DNA from: Mytilus californianus
Taxonomy: Eukaryota
DNA: 64,000 nt
Direction: 5' to 3'
NCBI RefSeq assembly: GCF_021869535.1
Contig: NW_026262626.1
Coordinates: forward strand, 27,218,001-27,282,000
Shown piece by piece: positions 23,660 to 36,357 of the stretch. Within the stretch, counting starts at the first letter, position 1, and each line of letters starts with the position of its first letter. The notes beneath the pieces were generated by a model that was not told the origin of the DNA, ran no database searches, and worked only from the letters and a program-made list of their open reading frames with translations. A program made the translations under genes and the position numbers.

Positions 23660-24335
23660 AAAAGAGGGACGAAAGATACCAGAGGGACAATCAAACTCAT
23701 AGATCGAAAACAAACTGACAACGCCATGGCCAAAAATAAAAAGACAAACAGACAAATAATAGTACAGATGACACAACATAGAAAACTAAAGACTAAGCAA
23801 CACGAACCCCACCAAAAACTGGGGGTGATCTCAGGTGCTCCGGAAGGGTAAGCAGATCCTGCTCCACATGTGGCACCCGTCGTGTTGCTTATGTTATTAC
23901 AAATCCGGTAAATAGTCTAATTCGGTAAGTCACATTCGTGAAAAGGGAAGGGTATTGTAGTTACGACATAAGGAACATATCCGATATCATCTGTGAAACG
24001 GTTATTCCATAACGGTCAACCAACTCATGATGGCGTCCGTAAAATTTACGAAGGGATGATTTCAACTTCACCATTTGGAACTCTTGGTTTAATAGCTTCC
24101 TTGTGAGCAGCAATCCTCTATCAAGGAAATCGTGATAGGAAACACAAGCCCGGGAATATCGTATCAATTGGGAGATATATACTCCGTATGCAGGCGCTGC
24201 TGGAATGTTGCTACATAGAAATGGAAAGTTCACAATTGGGAAGCTGAAATCATCTCTTTTGTCGTAAAGTTTTATTTTCAACCGACACTCATTGTCAATT
24301 TCTAGATGTAAGTTAAGATATGCTAACAGTAATAA
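23660..24335 (-). mobile_element. 5'-truncated Penelope-like retroelement whose ORF ends after the RT thumb (Naiad/Chlamys-type layout); source of family-B repeats
   Basis: AYLNLHLEIDNECRLKIKLYDKRDDFSFPIVNFPFLCSNIPAAPAYGVYISQLIRYSRAC...KFYGRHHELVDRY...stop at 23961, then a 300-nt 3' UTR. The clade call rests on the ORF stopping after RT with no C-terminal GIY-YIG. Confidence 0.75.
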
Positions 24336-24539
24336 TTAATTAAATTTTGATAACTTAGTTTCAGTTAATCGATTCGTCTGGCTCACCTAGTTTTTCTAGT
24401 GGAAGATGGTTCTGGTGATGACTGTCTTCGTCTAAATCTAACTTGTAGAAAAGATTATCCTAATGCTGGTACAATAGTTGCTATCAATCTCTATGTTGGC
24501 AGAAATCGTTGGAAGATACAAACAGGGAGTTAATGTGTT

Positions 24540-25330
24540 GAAAGATGTGATACTGTGATTGTTGACGGTTTTTTTTATGTTAATACATTTTGATAATACT
24601 CTCTTTCTATTTTTACTATTTTACCCTGATCATCTCCTAGTTTTCCTTGGTTATCTTTTAGAGATGTAATAATTTTCGCGTGTTTATCTAGATTTTTCCA
24701 AACCAAAAAAGTTTTTGTAACTCTTTTCTCCCTCCCCAATCTATTTAATTCTTGATCTTATTTGGATTCTCTTAATTTTTCTGCATATGTTTTTTCAAGA
24801 CTTTTTTCTGTATCCTCTATTTTTTATTTATATATTTTTGTTTTTGTGAATTTAATTCATTTTCACAGATTTTATTAAGATATCTCTTTTTTCTCTAAAT
24901 TTCTAACTTCTTCTCTCTCATCTTTTTGTCTAGCCTCACGATAGTTGATAGTTGCCTCACTTACTTGAATTTTAAACAGGCCTAACATCACAGTAGGTTT
25001 TTCTTTAGTGCTTCTACGTTATACTTCTATTATAGTGTGTACTTTTTCAAAATAGGCGTTTCCATCTCTTTCTATGTTAGGAGCATACAAATTAATCAAT
25101 GTAAAAATATTGCTATCAAATTCTATATTAAATAAAATTATTCTGCCTTCTTTATCTTCGAAGCTATTTATAATAGAATGATTTAATCTTTTATTAATTA
25201 GAAATTGATACTCTTTAGAATTTGAACTACCTATACCGTGATTAGTTTTTTCCTCAAACTTAGTTTCTATAGTATATTGACATTGCTATATACAAAGCGA
25301 GTTTCTTGTGCGATTAGTATATTGCACTTT
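24540..25330 (-). mobile_element. Degenerate L1/Tx1-type LINE ORF2 fragment (APE endonuclease and linker)
   Basis: Minus strand reads NHGIGSSNSK...LINK...EDKEGRIILFNIEFDSNIFTLINLYAPN, then, across stops and frameshifts, QIRSRIK...GEKSYKNFFGLEK...YYQN. Confidence 0.8.
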
Positions 25331-28300
25331 TGCTGTTTACACCATTCATAAAGCGTTTGCTTTTTTTCTTTTTTTTTCAAAAACATTGCCAGTTCAGAGA
25401 ACATATATGTAGCATTTTATCCATTTTTATATATACAAACTGTGGTACTTTTACACAAAATTGTACACTATATATACAGCAATATTAAAACATTTCGCTT
25501 ATTCCCATTTTATATTTATATTCAAAATTTCATATTTTATGAGTTTACATTTATAATGTATATTTATTATATACTAGTATATTTAGTATTTAAATCTTTC
25601 AGTGAAGAGCAAGGAAATTCTAAAAAGTGTGCTTGTGCTTATACATTTAAAAATATTTTAGAATTCTAATTTATTCTTTTTTAAGTCTTCATTTGTTATT
25701 TTGATTGTGTTATTTTCATTTTTCTTATATTCGTTAATTCATGTTATACTCATAATAGTACATGGACTCAAACAAAATTTAAAGTATTTACTATTGCCAC
25801 AAGACAGTGAATGTCTTCATCAGGGAAGTAAGAATAAAGTATTGGTATAGATTGACAGGTCAGAAATTCTAACTGCAGCTAATAAAGTGTTGAACAAGTT
25901 TTAAAGATTAAAAAGAATAAAAGTTGCAATCAACAAAAAAAAAAAAATCAGCATTCAATATAAACATATAAATGTCTTTTATCCTATGTAGATCATTTTC
26001 AAAATAACGAGTGGCGATTATAAATTTCTGTTTTACTCCAATAATTGGATTGGTTGATTGTTTATTATTTACGTCACTGTATGAGATTGATGCCACAATA
26101 AACAAATAAAAATTAGTTAAACAGGGGCTAGGGTAGGAAAGAAAGGAAACGAATTGTTCTGTCAATTGAAATAAGAGTTCTCTAATTGTTTTGACAGTCT
26201 CTGTGATTTCAAGGTTATGTCATTACAATGGTACATTGGGACTATAGAAAATTCTATTATTTTTAACCGAATGTTTTGACAGAAAATCATGTTATTTATG
26301 TGTCATGTGTGTGATTATATTGCGGGAAGATTGGTAACAATTCGTTGGGGATCAAGGAAAGCCAGATTGATTCCCACTTTTAAGTGATGTTTATTGCGAA
26401 TGGATTATGAAACTTGACAATATTGCTTACATTGGTCCTTTATATTTGAATACCCTAAAATTCACAGGATAGAACAATTTCTCCTTGTGATATGAGTTTT
26501 TTAGGACGTTTTCAGTGTTACCATTGTGATTATGGAATGTTTATTAGAGTATCATGATTTAAATTTTGGTTTCTAATGCTGCCTTTCATTTTGAAATAAA
26601 GTTGTGATTTGTAAGTATTGATCTGTCGTCTGTACATCCGATGTTGTAAATTAGTCACCTACATATCCCATTGATATAAGTTCATTTGTGTTCTCCATCC
26701 TATGAATCGATTTTTTCTTGAAATATTCGCGGTAGTTTTATTTTCGCGTTTCGACTCTTACCCTGAAAATAACAAAATAAAACTACCGCGAAAATTTTCT
26801 TGTTTACAGTGTATATTTCTCAATTCTAACTGTTTGTATCAGAAGTCAGTATTTCCAAAAGAGTAAAAACAATAAAAACAACACTTTATAAATGATGGGT
26901 CAAAAGTGCTTTTATAGATTTGCCCATCTAATTAAAGTAGATAAGTACGATGTGTAAGTTGATAAATCTATATCAAGTCGGATTGTTTTTTTAGATTAAA
27001 ACCAATAATTCCGGGATAAAATGAATGTCCTTTTGGTATTTAACGCTTCTTTTTAAAAATTGATAATTTCTAGATTTAAGTTGACTAAATCTATGTTTAT
27101 GCTTAAATAATATAAGAGACTAGTCGATAAATTCGAAGTTAAAGTTGATAATGTTAAAATATAAGTCGATCATTCCGATAAATTTCAGATTGTCAGAGTT
27201 GGCACCCTCGTCAGATCTGTATTCCATTCACATTGCGTGGGTAGGAAAAATTTTCCGTTTGCACTGCTCTGTTGATAAAAAGAAATGGAGGAGTTTACTT
27301 TAGCGTTGGAAATGCCGGTAGTATCGGGAAGCACATGTAGCTGTTTTTTACTTGATTGGGCATTTAAGGAAATTTTGTATGGCTCCAATAGGCATTTGCT
27401 GGTTGAAATGGGGAAATGCACAAACTGAATGTCCGGCAAGTCTATGACAAAAGCATGAAATTGCATTGGAAAGTGTTATGGAGGTACAGATACTCTAAAA
27501 AGTGCATTGCTCTGTTTAATGGCCTGTTTAACTATTTTTTGCGGAATTACAAAGCACATTTTTCATGGACCTTTACAATGCTTTGGGCATAAAAAAAATC
27601 CAACTTTTTTAATAGGCTATCTAACGGACTCATAGTGCTGTTAATTTGTGATAACCGTGGAAATACGTTTCTGCAGCCTTGAGACACGGTTATCATGAAC
27701 AACTGCGGTTACTACCATGGTCACTTTGTGGTAGGTCACATGCGGCCTTTATGTAACCAACATAACATTGCTTTTCCAACCACCCAGGTTTAAACTCGTT
27801 CATCAAATTTTCAAAAATCACCAGATTTGCTTTGAATTTCTCTGAAATAGCAATATGCGATGGACTATGAAGATTAAGACCTTCAAAGCCCTAATAAATT
27901 TTCGCAGTTGTGTTTATCTATAAAAAAAAGATAACATTTATCTTATATAAAAGATTGTTTTTTAAATATAATCTATGTACTCCATTCTAAACAACTGAAT
28001 GTTGATAGAAATTGTTTTGTTTTCTATTTTCTAAGCTGAATAATGTCGGCTATCAAGAAATTTAATGAGATGTGTTTATGTTGTCATTTTCTAAAAAGGA
28101 CAATCAAACAATTAGTTGAAACAGTGTACAAAGCACGCTAGTTTTGTGGTACGTGAAGTGTTATCAACTGTAGTTAAGTGTACCAAGCTATATAATTTTG
28201 TGCTGTGTTTATTGTTAACGAATAAAATTGTAAAGAATGAATTTACTAACAATAGTCAATTATTAGTCCAGTGGTTGTGTTTGTAAGCTTTCTATAAGAC

Positions 28301-28939
28301 TACTAGTACGACTTGTCACACTTTCTCTTAAACCACTGTAAATATATCTTAAATTCAAACATGAGATAAACAGATGGAATTTTCAGAGATATATTAAGTA
28401 AAAAGCTACAAAAAAGAACTATTTTCTAATATGTAATACATCATATTCTTAACATATTTCAGTTATTTTCTACCTTTCAAAAAACCAAAGGTGCGTAAAT
28501 ACGACTGTATTTTTCCATTCTGCACCCAAAATGGTGTGTCTTTTGAAATCGAAATATGAGTATGATGGTATATAAAAATATAGTGTAATGGAAAGTCGAC
28601 AGACCGGTTTATAAACTTTTGAAAAAAATCATTGTCAACCGAGGTGAAGGTGAGGAGTTTTATGCCATGGGCATTCTCTTGATTGGGTTATCCTAATAAT
28701 AATGTTATGTCTCACTAATTTTTAAAGAAGTGAATGATTAGAACGTTGGTTTCTAATTTGACAATCGGCCAGAGCCATCATGTAACTTGTTGTTTTTGAA
28801 GAGCTACATATTACAGCGCTGATCGTTATTAAATAGGAGTTACCAGGAAAAATGCTTTAAAAGTCACACTGGGTAATACTGGGTAAAAACATCTAAGATA
28901 GACGGCAATCTCTTCGTAATCGTTTGCGGATCTGCTTCG

Positions 28940-29560
28940 CGTATTAGCACTATAACACGCTTCATTTCCATTACACGAACAAAGTTCAGTATATTTCACA
29001 ACCTTTTGAGCACAAAGATTTACTTTTGCAGGAACAAAGTTATTTTCGAACCAATCCGAGGACATGGTCTCCTTCAAATAAAGACGGACTTTTCCTCCAT
29101 TCTAAGTTTAAAGGAGACTGCTCTGACGGTTATGCTAAGAGTGAAGAAGTCCAAATACTGGTCTACAGTTAATCTTTGATGACATGTTGCTGGAAATTTC
29201 ATTTGCATGGGGGCAGTTTGAACAGGCTAGCAACTTTTTGTTTAACATTCCTTACTTTAAGTTTCTTCAGATCACAGTGATCACAGTGATCCCATTTGAC
29301 CATCAATCCTGGTCATATAACTTTGCAACAAATGTTGTGCTGACAGCACCATATTCCACAATGTTACCGTCTGAAAGATGGTCTTAATCGTTTAAGTTAT
29401 CAAGATTGTCCTTTTAAATTTGTAAACATTTTGTTTGGTTCTATTCCAAACATTGACGATGTGGTTTCCTGTAAAAGCATGTACAACAGGTAAAAATTTT
29501 GACATGACAGGGCTTAACACACTGCATATTTTATATACCAAGAGTCAAGTCTCTAAAAGT
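28940..29560 (-). mobile_element. Degenerate C-terminus of an AcademX-like transposon protein (XPG/FEN1-like H3TH region plus Cys-rich finger)
   Basis: Across frameshifts: VYKICSVLSPVMSKFLPVVHAFTG-TSSMFGI, TFVAKLYD, ASLFKLPPC..FQQHV, TSIW, LCSCKSKSLCSKGC and TELCSCNGNEAC. The family call is from recalled domain architecture. Confidence 0.6.
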
Positions 29561-32500
29561 AATCAATTACTAAACATTAAGAAACTATACCAAAGCAATT
29601 CCGTCCCTCATATATATGGAACTAATAATCAACAAATGAATTTGAGAAGCGATGCGAGACTCTTATTTATAGAAGCAACTAACAAAGTTTCATTGAAACT
29701 ATGGTTATATTCAAGGGAAATAAAAAGGTTTTCAATGGCACACTTTTTTGACATTCCGTGGTCACCCTGCGCCTGAAGTATGTTTTAGCTGACTTTATAA
29801 CTGATTACTTTGCTCTGAAGTTTGGCTGACAAATATATGATGGAGACATTATGGGGCAAAATTGATCGGTAGGGGTAAGAATGTGCGACATTAAGAAAAC
29901 CCTTTGTATGCAATAACAGGTTGTCATTAACAATTATAATAAAAGACTTCAAGGCAAGTTCATTCACAGATTTCTCTTTATCTGTATTGTCTGATTGCAC
30001 AAGTGTTGATTTCAATAAATTCTTCATAATGCATGCTGATTGGTAGACAACTTTTGAAGAAAAAAACATATGCACTCGTCATATGGCACATTCCTTGGCA
30101 CTTTTTTTTTACTCATACTACTTTTGCTAATTTGATTAAATTACTTCTCTTAGTTGTAGATTTAAGATTTAAATATCAAATTTTCGGATAATAGTCTTTT
30201 TCGTATTGGATCTGAAACTAATGTGTCTTTTAAAAATTCCCTTGGCCGATATTGACAAATATTTTGTATAATTCTAAAAGTATTTTCTTCGTGGACTGAG
30301 AGCCACTGGAAGTAAGCAATTAATATAATAAAAAAACATATATTGCATATAGTATAAAAGTATACGATAATTATCTCATAGTTGATCCGTGATAAAAGCT
30401 CGTATTTATTAATATCTTTTCAAACTGAAAAAACCGGAAGTTTTTAAAATAGACAATGTTAATTTGTACAAAAGAAAACATGTACAATTCACAAATTTGC
30501 GGACAACTTGTTGATTCGACTTAGGAAATGTCATTTTTTGCATTTTATATTTAGGGGCATCTATTACCCTATTGTAACGACTGTTGTAATGATAAGGCAG
30601 TATGGCCGCTATGCAAATTAGCAAAGTACCCCAAATTTTTCCATATATTATTATCTTAACCATGGATAAATCATTATTTCATTTGCGCAACTCAATAGAC
30701 CGTGAACACGTTCTCGTCACTCGATTTCGTGTAGAGATCTGTCTCTTTTCGAGGTTGAGACGAGATGATAACTTCAAGGAGGATATTGATAGCGTGTTTG
30801 TATCAATGGGTAAGGTTGTGGGGCTACATCTCAGATTGGTCACACACACATAGTCTTCTGCTTCTAATCTTAAAACACTACAGTGATGCTTAGTCTTGTG
30901 TAACTTTGTCGTAAACCAAATCTCTAAGAATATACATAGCTTCAATCATATTGTGTTATCGTGAATCGCATGTATATTACATGCTCTATTGACCCACGAT
31001 ACATTTTCCTCATTCCTTTTTCTTTTAGCACTCGTTTATGAATAAACTTTAAAGGATTTCCAAAACTAGTCATTTTTAGGAAAATATCTTATTACAATGA
31101 TTCGGTTGACCTATTATAAAAAGTAAGCAACAAAAAATGTAAGCATAGAAACTGTCTGTGATCAGACGAAAATTAAAATATATATATTGTTCTATCAGTT
31201 TAAACAATGTTAAGCCATGTTTGAATATGGTACATTAAACTCGTTAATCTAAAATCTTTTTCGAGGTCAGTTGCAGTACCATAAGTCTCGCTTCAATGTG
31301 TTTTTGAAAAAAAAATTAAATTCATTTTAACTCCTGTTTTGATAGATCTGTTTTGCGTTTGAATGTAAAATTATTTGTACGTGCATGCCCCGAAATGTAA
31401 ATGTATAGAGAGGATGTACATTTTTCTAAGTTGAATTCAATTTATTCAAATTTATTCTTGCATCTTTAGATCTTAAATATTTTTTGCGTCGTTAAAATCA
31501 ATTGATCGAATCAAATGTATATAAATGGTTAATATTCGAGATGTTATTTTCTACCCTGCTTCACCTGCCGTATATTTGTGTTTTGCATCCTAACGAAGTG
31601 AAGGTCAAACTTAATACAATCTTTTTAGTGCATGTTATATATTAATTGGTTTTTAAATCAGAGCGTCGCTATTCTCGTTTTTCAAAATACAAAAACTCAT
31701 AACACTGTTATTTCAACAAATCTATAATTATAACTTGACTTGTTTCAGTACATTGTTTAAATTTACGAAATAAACCCATTTTACGTTAGGTTTCTGCATA
31801 AGCCTGAAAATATCGTCATATATGCGGTGCATATCCAAGATCGTCAACTCGACAAATTTTTTTTCAACTTCGGACTACATTCTCAGATAAATAATATGGT
31901 ACGTTTGACAATTCTAGATATTCGTCCTTTCTATAGTTGAATATACTCAAAGAAAAATATTGTTTATTAGATATGCAAAATAACAAACACTTTAACATCA
32001 AACTTGAAGAAATGTAATATTTCATGTAATACACAGTGTGACACATTGATCTGACTCCTTTTTGAACCCCCAAAAAAACGAAAGTCAAAATCTTGTATTG
32101 AGACCAGTAAAAAAAATTTACTTACCGGTTCTTCTGTATTATACCTGTATTACAGACCAGTTCTCTAAATCATGGAATTGTAATCAAATAGAAAATTTCT
32201 AATGTATTTCATGTCATTGGTTACTAATAAACTGTCTTAAACATTCAAATCGGTATTGCCCCTTTTTAAAAGCTTTATTCCGTATGCACAATACCAGAAC
32301 ACAGCACAACAATATGTTAATACTATGATTTTAAATTATCAACATCACAAAAATGGATCTTAATCCACAGAAAACAAATTCAGAAGGTCAATTCCGTTCT
32401 AGCAAATAACGTTCACATGCTAAGCGATCTCGATAATGAATTCTTAACCAAAACGATCACATTCGCATAATATACCATCATATAAAAGGAATTGGTTCAT

Positions 32501-32825
32501 TTAGGTTCATCGATCAGAAAGCTTATGAACGATATTTTTCGTCGTTTTTCAGAAAGAATACAGTATTTATACTATCTCGTTCTCTCATAGTGAGAAAGGA
32601 AGTGACTACATGTGTTGCACACTTTGTACTCATCCTCTCAAAGTATTGTCATTTGTCAGACATATCTAACTAATGTATACGCTTGGTTTTGCTAAGTTAT
32701 AAGTCTGTCTCGTCGGTTTGAATTGTCGCGTTCGGTGTGTTTTATTCAAGATGTCGAATTTCTATTCTTGCTGCAATCATAACTAATTATTTTGTATCCT
32801 ATCCCTTTAATTACTTAATATAAAA

Positions 32826-33130
32826 ATAAGGAGATGTGGTATGATTGCCAATGAAACAACTAGCAACCAAAGTTCAAATGAAGTGGATGTAAACAATAAT
32901 ATGCAACCGTACGGTCTTTAACAATGAGAAAACCCCATACCCGTACAGTCGGTTTTAAACGGCCCAGACATGAAAAAAAACTATTCAATTGTGAAAACTT
33001 ACGGCTTAATTAATAACAAAACAATTTACGAAAAACAAATATGACAGACAGGAACCAACGACTACCACTGAACTACAGGCTCCTGATTTGGGACAGGCAC
33101 ATAAAGAATGTGGCGGGTTTAAACATTTTT
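32826..33130 (-). repeat. Diverged family-A-related repeat
   Basis: agatgtggtatgattgccaatgaaacaac...caggctcctgatttgggacagg, a subfamily variant of 14517-14893. A similar copy lies at about 50385-50720. Confidence 0.75.
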
Positions 33131-33469
33131 GTGTAATACATATTTTAAAACATTGTGTATCATGATTCTGTAGTCTTGAATGCAAGTTTTAGATGTTCCC
33201 ATTAGAAGACTGTAACATTTAATATTTGATACATTATTTTCTACCTTTTTACGTGAAATCTTAAAGCTAGATAATCGAATGAAAAATTTAATCCCGATAT
33301 TACATAAAATTGCAAAATATATGCAACAAATATCTTATTAGCTGAAATCAAGCAGTTTCCTTTTAGCAAATACGATTACAACAGTAACAAATTGATTATT
33401 AACTTTTGAAGCAATCTAGGTAGAATTTACCTATTGCAAAAACACATGGCATGGTCGATGCTGTGTTAA

Positions 33470-33690
33470 AAAGTAAAATACCAAAAATACCGAATTCAAA
33501 ACAGAAAGGCCGTTAACAAATGGCAAAATCAAAAGATCAAACGAATTGAAAACAAGTATCATATTCCTGACGTGGTATATGCATTTTCTTATGTATGTAG
33601 AAAGTGGTAAATGATACATGGTTTTATAGCTAGCTAAACCTCTCACTTTTATGACAGTCGCATATAGTTCCATTATATTGACAACAATGT
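33470..33690 (+). repeat. Family-C interspersed repeat (also 44680-44890 +, 46160-46340 +, 36925-37030 -)
   Basis: Shared core ggcaaaatcaaaag(a/c)tcaaac...catattcctgac(g/t)tggta...gcattttcttatgtagaaa...gctaaacctctcactt.tatgacagtcg. Confidence 0.85.
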
Positions 33691-34043
33691 GTGAGCAAAA
33701 TTAACAACTTTCTATCCTTTAAAATATAACAATTTCAAAAGATCATTCAACTTTTGTAAAACGAAAGTAATACACATTTACCTTGATATCACTGAAGCTG
33801 AACAGTAAAGGCGTGACAAGCAATACTTTGACATATCTTTTTTCTGTTCATTTGTCAATCTTTACAAAACGCTTCTCCTGGACAATAAAAAAAAAGATTC
33901 CACCTTTTTTATGTTCTTTTGATGGCTGAATGCATTCTTTTGTAACATTCATGATAGAATTAACCTTTTGCAAGAACATACAAACATCTATTAATCACAT
34001 TTAATCAATCATTTAGATGTTCAGTATACTTGTATTTAGCATT

Positions 34044-34053
34044 TCTATTGGTT
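34044..34053 (+). promoter_or_regulatory. Inverted CCAAT box conserved upstream of both TLR copies
   Basis: TCTATTGGTT at 34044-34053 (about 100 bp before the ATG) and at 16431-16440 before the pseudogene, within otherwise diverged flanks. Confidence 0.4.
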
Positions 34054-34152
34054 GAAACATAACTAATAAACATTTATTTTATTCTTAACACGAAAGATAT
34101 AGTTAAATAGTGTACACATCGCTGCAACTGAACATAAATTGTGAGAAAAGCA

Positions 34153-36357
34153 ATGTTTAATCATGTTTTTTCTCTTCTGTTTATTGCTCAATGTATACAA
34201 AACGCAAAATTGGAGACATGGGAAAAGTGGATTCCGCCATCTATTAACAGAACAGATCTACTTTGCCCTTCTGATCATTGTACGCGAGACCCGACACAAT
34301 ATGTTACGACGAAAAATGATTGCTGCACGTGCTGGGCTGAACCGTCTTGGAAATTTGATCCATTGACTTATGATTTAGTTTTGGAGTATACACGAAGAGG
34401 GGGTACAGCTCAACTCATAGGAGATATAACAGTGAATTCAAGATTGGTACATAATAATGGATTCTTATCGCATCTACCAACCAACGTATGCAATTTTGTG
34501 AATATTGTAGAAATAGAAGTCACTTATAATAGAATTTTATCGATTGGAAACATATCATGTTTACCTATACTAGATACACTTGATTTGAGTCATAATTCAA
34601 TCGATTCAATTGGAAATAGCACGTTTAAATATTTACCTTTATTAAGAGTATTGAGATTAACTTATAATGGTATTACAACAATGGAACCGTACGCTCTGGC
34701 AGGAACAACGATGTCAATTTTTTTGGCCGATTTGTCCTTCAACAATATGACAGAAATTGATTTGAGTAATTTAATTCCAGAAAATCGTTTTTGTCGGTAT
34801 GATTTTTCCTCAAACAAAATCGTTGAAATAGTTAGTGAACAGAATTTTCAGATTGATGTCGACAAAATTTATCATGGAGGATTCGTTTATTTAGATTCAA
34901 ATGATATCACACAATGGTTTGACTTCAGAGATCTAGGAATAGACGACATTAATATTCTAGGAAAAGTCATGCAATTCGGATTTTCTTTGCAAAATATGAA
35001 ATGGACTTGTGATTGTCGAATGGAACCGTTTCTTGAACTTTCACAAGATGTGTTAAAAAGAATCTGGCGTGATTACTATAATCTTACATGTTGGGATCCA
35101 CCGGAATACCGTGGGGTGTCAATTACGGATTTTTTTATGGAGGGGGATAAACTTGATTTGCTTGTTTGTAACAAGTCGTCTGCTGATAAATGTCCAAAAG
35201 AATGTTACTGTTTTTATCAACTGAAAAACAGAAGAACTGTGGTCAATTGTACCGGAGTTGGATTACTTGAGTTGCCAAAGTATGTTCCTGAAGGCGATAA
35301 TTTGACTTTGTTATTTGATGAAAACGATATAGAATTTTTAGAATATCGAGAATATTTCAACAGATCGTCTGTCATTAGTCTATCAAAAAATAAACTCCAT
35401 ACAATTTCAAGCAATGCCATTGAATCTATAGACAGCAACGCAGTTTTTGATTTGTCTGATAACAATATGTATGCGTTGCCTAGAGATTTTCAATCATTTG
35501 ATCCCTGTATAACAAAATTGGGGAAAATAAAAATATCTTGCGGTTGTGGTGATCACTGGCTTGTAGACTGGGTGAAAAACAAGCGAGCAGAAAAATGCAA
35601 AAACACAACCGAAATTATCTGCTTTATAGGGAATAGATATGTTTCAACGATTGATTTAGATTTAGGGGATTTCTGCAATAATGACTCCAATTTGACATTC
35701 TTAAACATTTCATTTGGAATAGTAATTGCTCTGCTATTGGGACTTTTCGGTGTATTGTATACATTCCGCTACGAACTGTTTATCTTAAAGAGACGGTTTA
35801 TGAATCAGAAATCTACGAGAATATGCCCATTACTGAAATACGATGTTTTCATATCTTTTGATGATAATGACACGGAACTGCGTTTTTGGGTAATGAAAAG
35901 ATTGGCCTCCTACTTGAAAGGCGCTTGTTATAAGACTTTTATACCGTGTCGAGACGGTAAGTTCGGGGATATCAGAGAAGAAGCATTGATTAATAATATA
36001 AATATTTGCAAGAATTATATAGTTATACTCTGTGACAAATATCACACCGAAGATACGTTTTGGACAACTGTTGAATGGAAATATATTTGGCATAGCTTTA
36101 AACAAAACAAGGAAAGACAAATCATAATGATAAATTACCATCAGTTAGATCCGTCGGAAGTCCGTGAAGAAAAACTAAAAGCTTTTATACGAGTTAGCAC
36201 AGACATTGACTTTTCAAACAGGAAGCATCATTTGTTCAAGGAGATTCATGATAGATTAGGTTCCCCGATTCTTACAAACAATGGACTAAAATGTGCAAAC
36301 ACAAAATTTATCCCAAAATCACTGCACAGTCAGGATATGTTCATGCTAGATATATAA
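34153..36357 (+). CDS. Toll-like receptor, multiple-cysteine-cluster (protostome) type, single exon, 734 aa from the first ATG
   Basis: Signal peptide MFNHVFSLLFIAQC; LRRs (LDTLDLSHNSIDSI, LRVLRLTYNGIT, FLADLSFNNMTEI); internal LRRCT WTCDC...LTCWDP...LVC; LRRNT KCPKECYC...VNC; further LRRs; second LRRCT ISCGCGDHWLVDWV; TM about 35698-35766; TIR starting YDVFISF. The ORF-track start at 34141 is GTG. Confidence 0.96.
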   Translation: MFNHVFSLLFIAQCIQNAKLETWEKWIPPSINRTDLLCPSDHCTRDPTQYVTTKNDCCTCWAEPSWKFDPLTYDLVLEYTRRGGTAQLIGDITVNSRLVHNNGFLSHLPTNVCNFVNIVEIEVTYNRILSIGNISCLPILDTLDLSHNSIDSIGNSTFKYLPLLRVLRLTYNGITTMEPYALAGTTMSIFLADLSFNNMTEIDLSNLIPENRFCRYDFSSNKIVEIVSEQNFQIDVDKIYHGGFVYLDSNDITQWFDFRDLGIDDINILGKVMQFGFSLQNMKWTCDCRMEPFLELSQDVLKRIWRDYYNLTCWDPPEYRGVSITDFFMEGDKLDLLVCNKSSADKCPKECYCFYQLKNRRTVVNCTGVGLLELPKYVPEGDNLTLLFDENDIEFLEYREYFNRSSVISLSKNKLHTISSNAIESIDSNAVFDLSDNNMYALPRDFQSFDPCITKLGKIKISCGCGDHWLVDWVKNKRAEKCKNTTEIICFIGNRYVSTIDLDLGDFCNNDSNLTFLNISFGIVIALLLGLFGVLYTFRYELFILKRRFMNQKSTRICPLLKYDVFISFDDNDTELRFWVMKRLASYLKGACYKTFIPCRDGKFGDIREEALINNINICKNYIVILCDKYHTEDTFWTTVEWKYIWHSFKQNKERQIIMINYHQLDPSEVREEKLKAFIRVSTDIDFSNRKHHLFKEIHDRLGSPILTNNGLKCANTKFIPKSLHSQDMFMLDI

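Noticed and set aside
23890-23960. SECIS element in the Penelope-like 3' UTR
   Set aside because: The GTGA...AA...GA spacing is too short for the SECIS helix II, and the RT fragment has no in-frame TGA. Not tested with SECISearch.
27185-27900. Coding-like relic (93-aa ORF and neighbours)
   Set aside because: No recognisable domain, and the frames are broken.
28829-29077. pogo/Tigger-like DWFENNFVP motif in the ORF track
   Set aside because: The overlapping frames give a longer ordered series of XPG/Cys-finger motifs, so the pogo resemblance looks coincidental.
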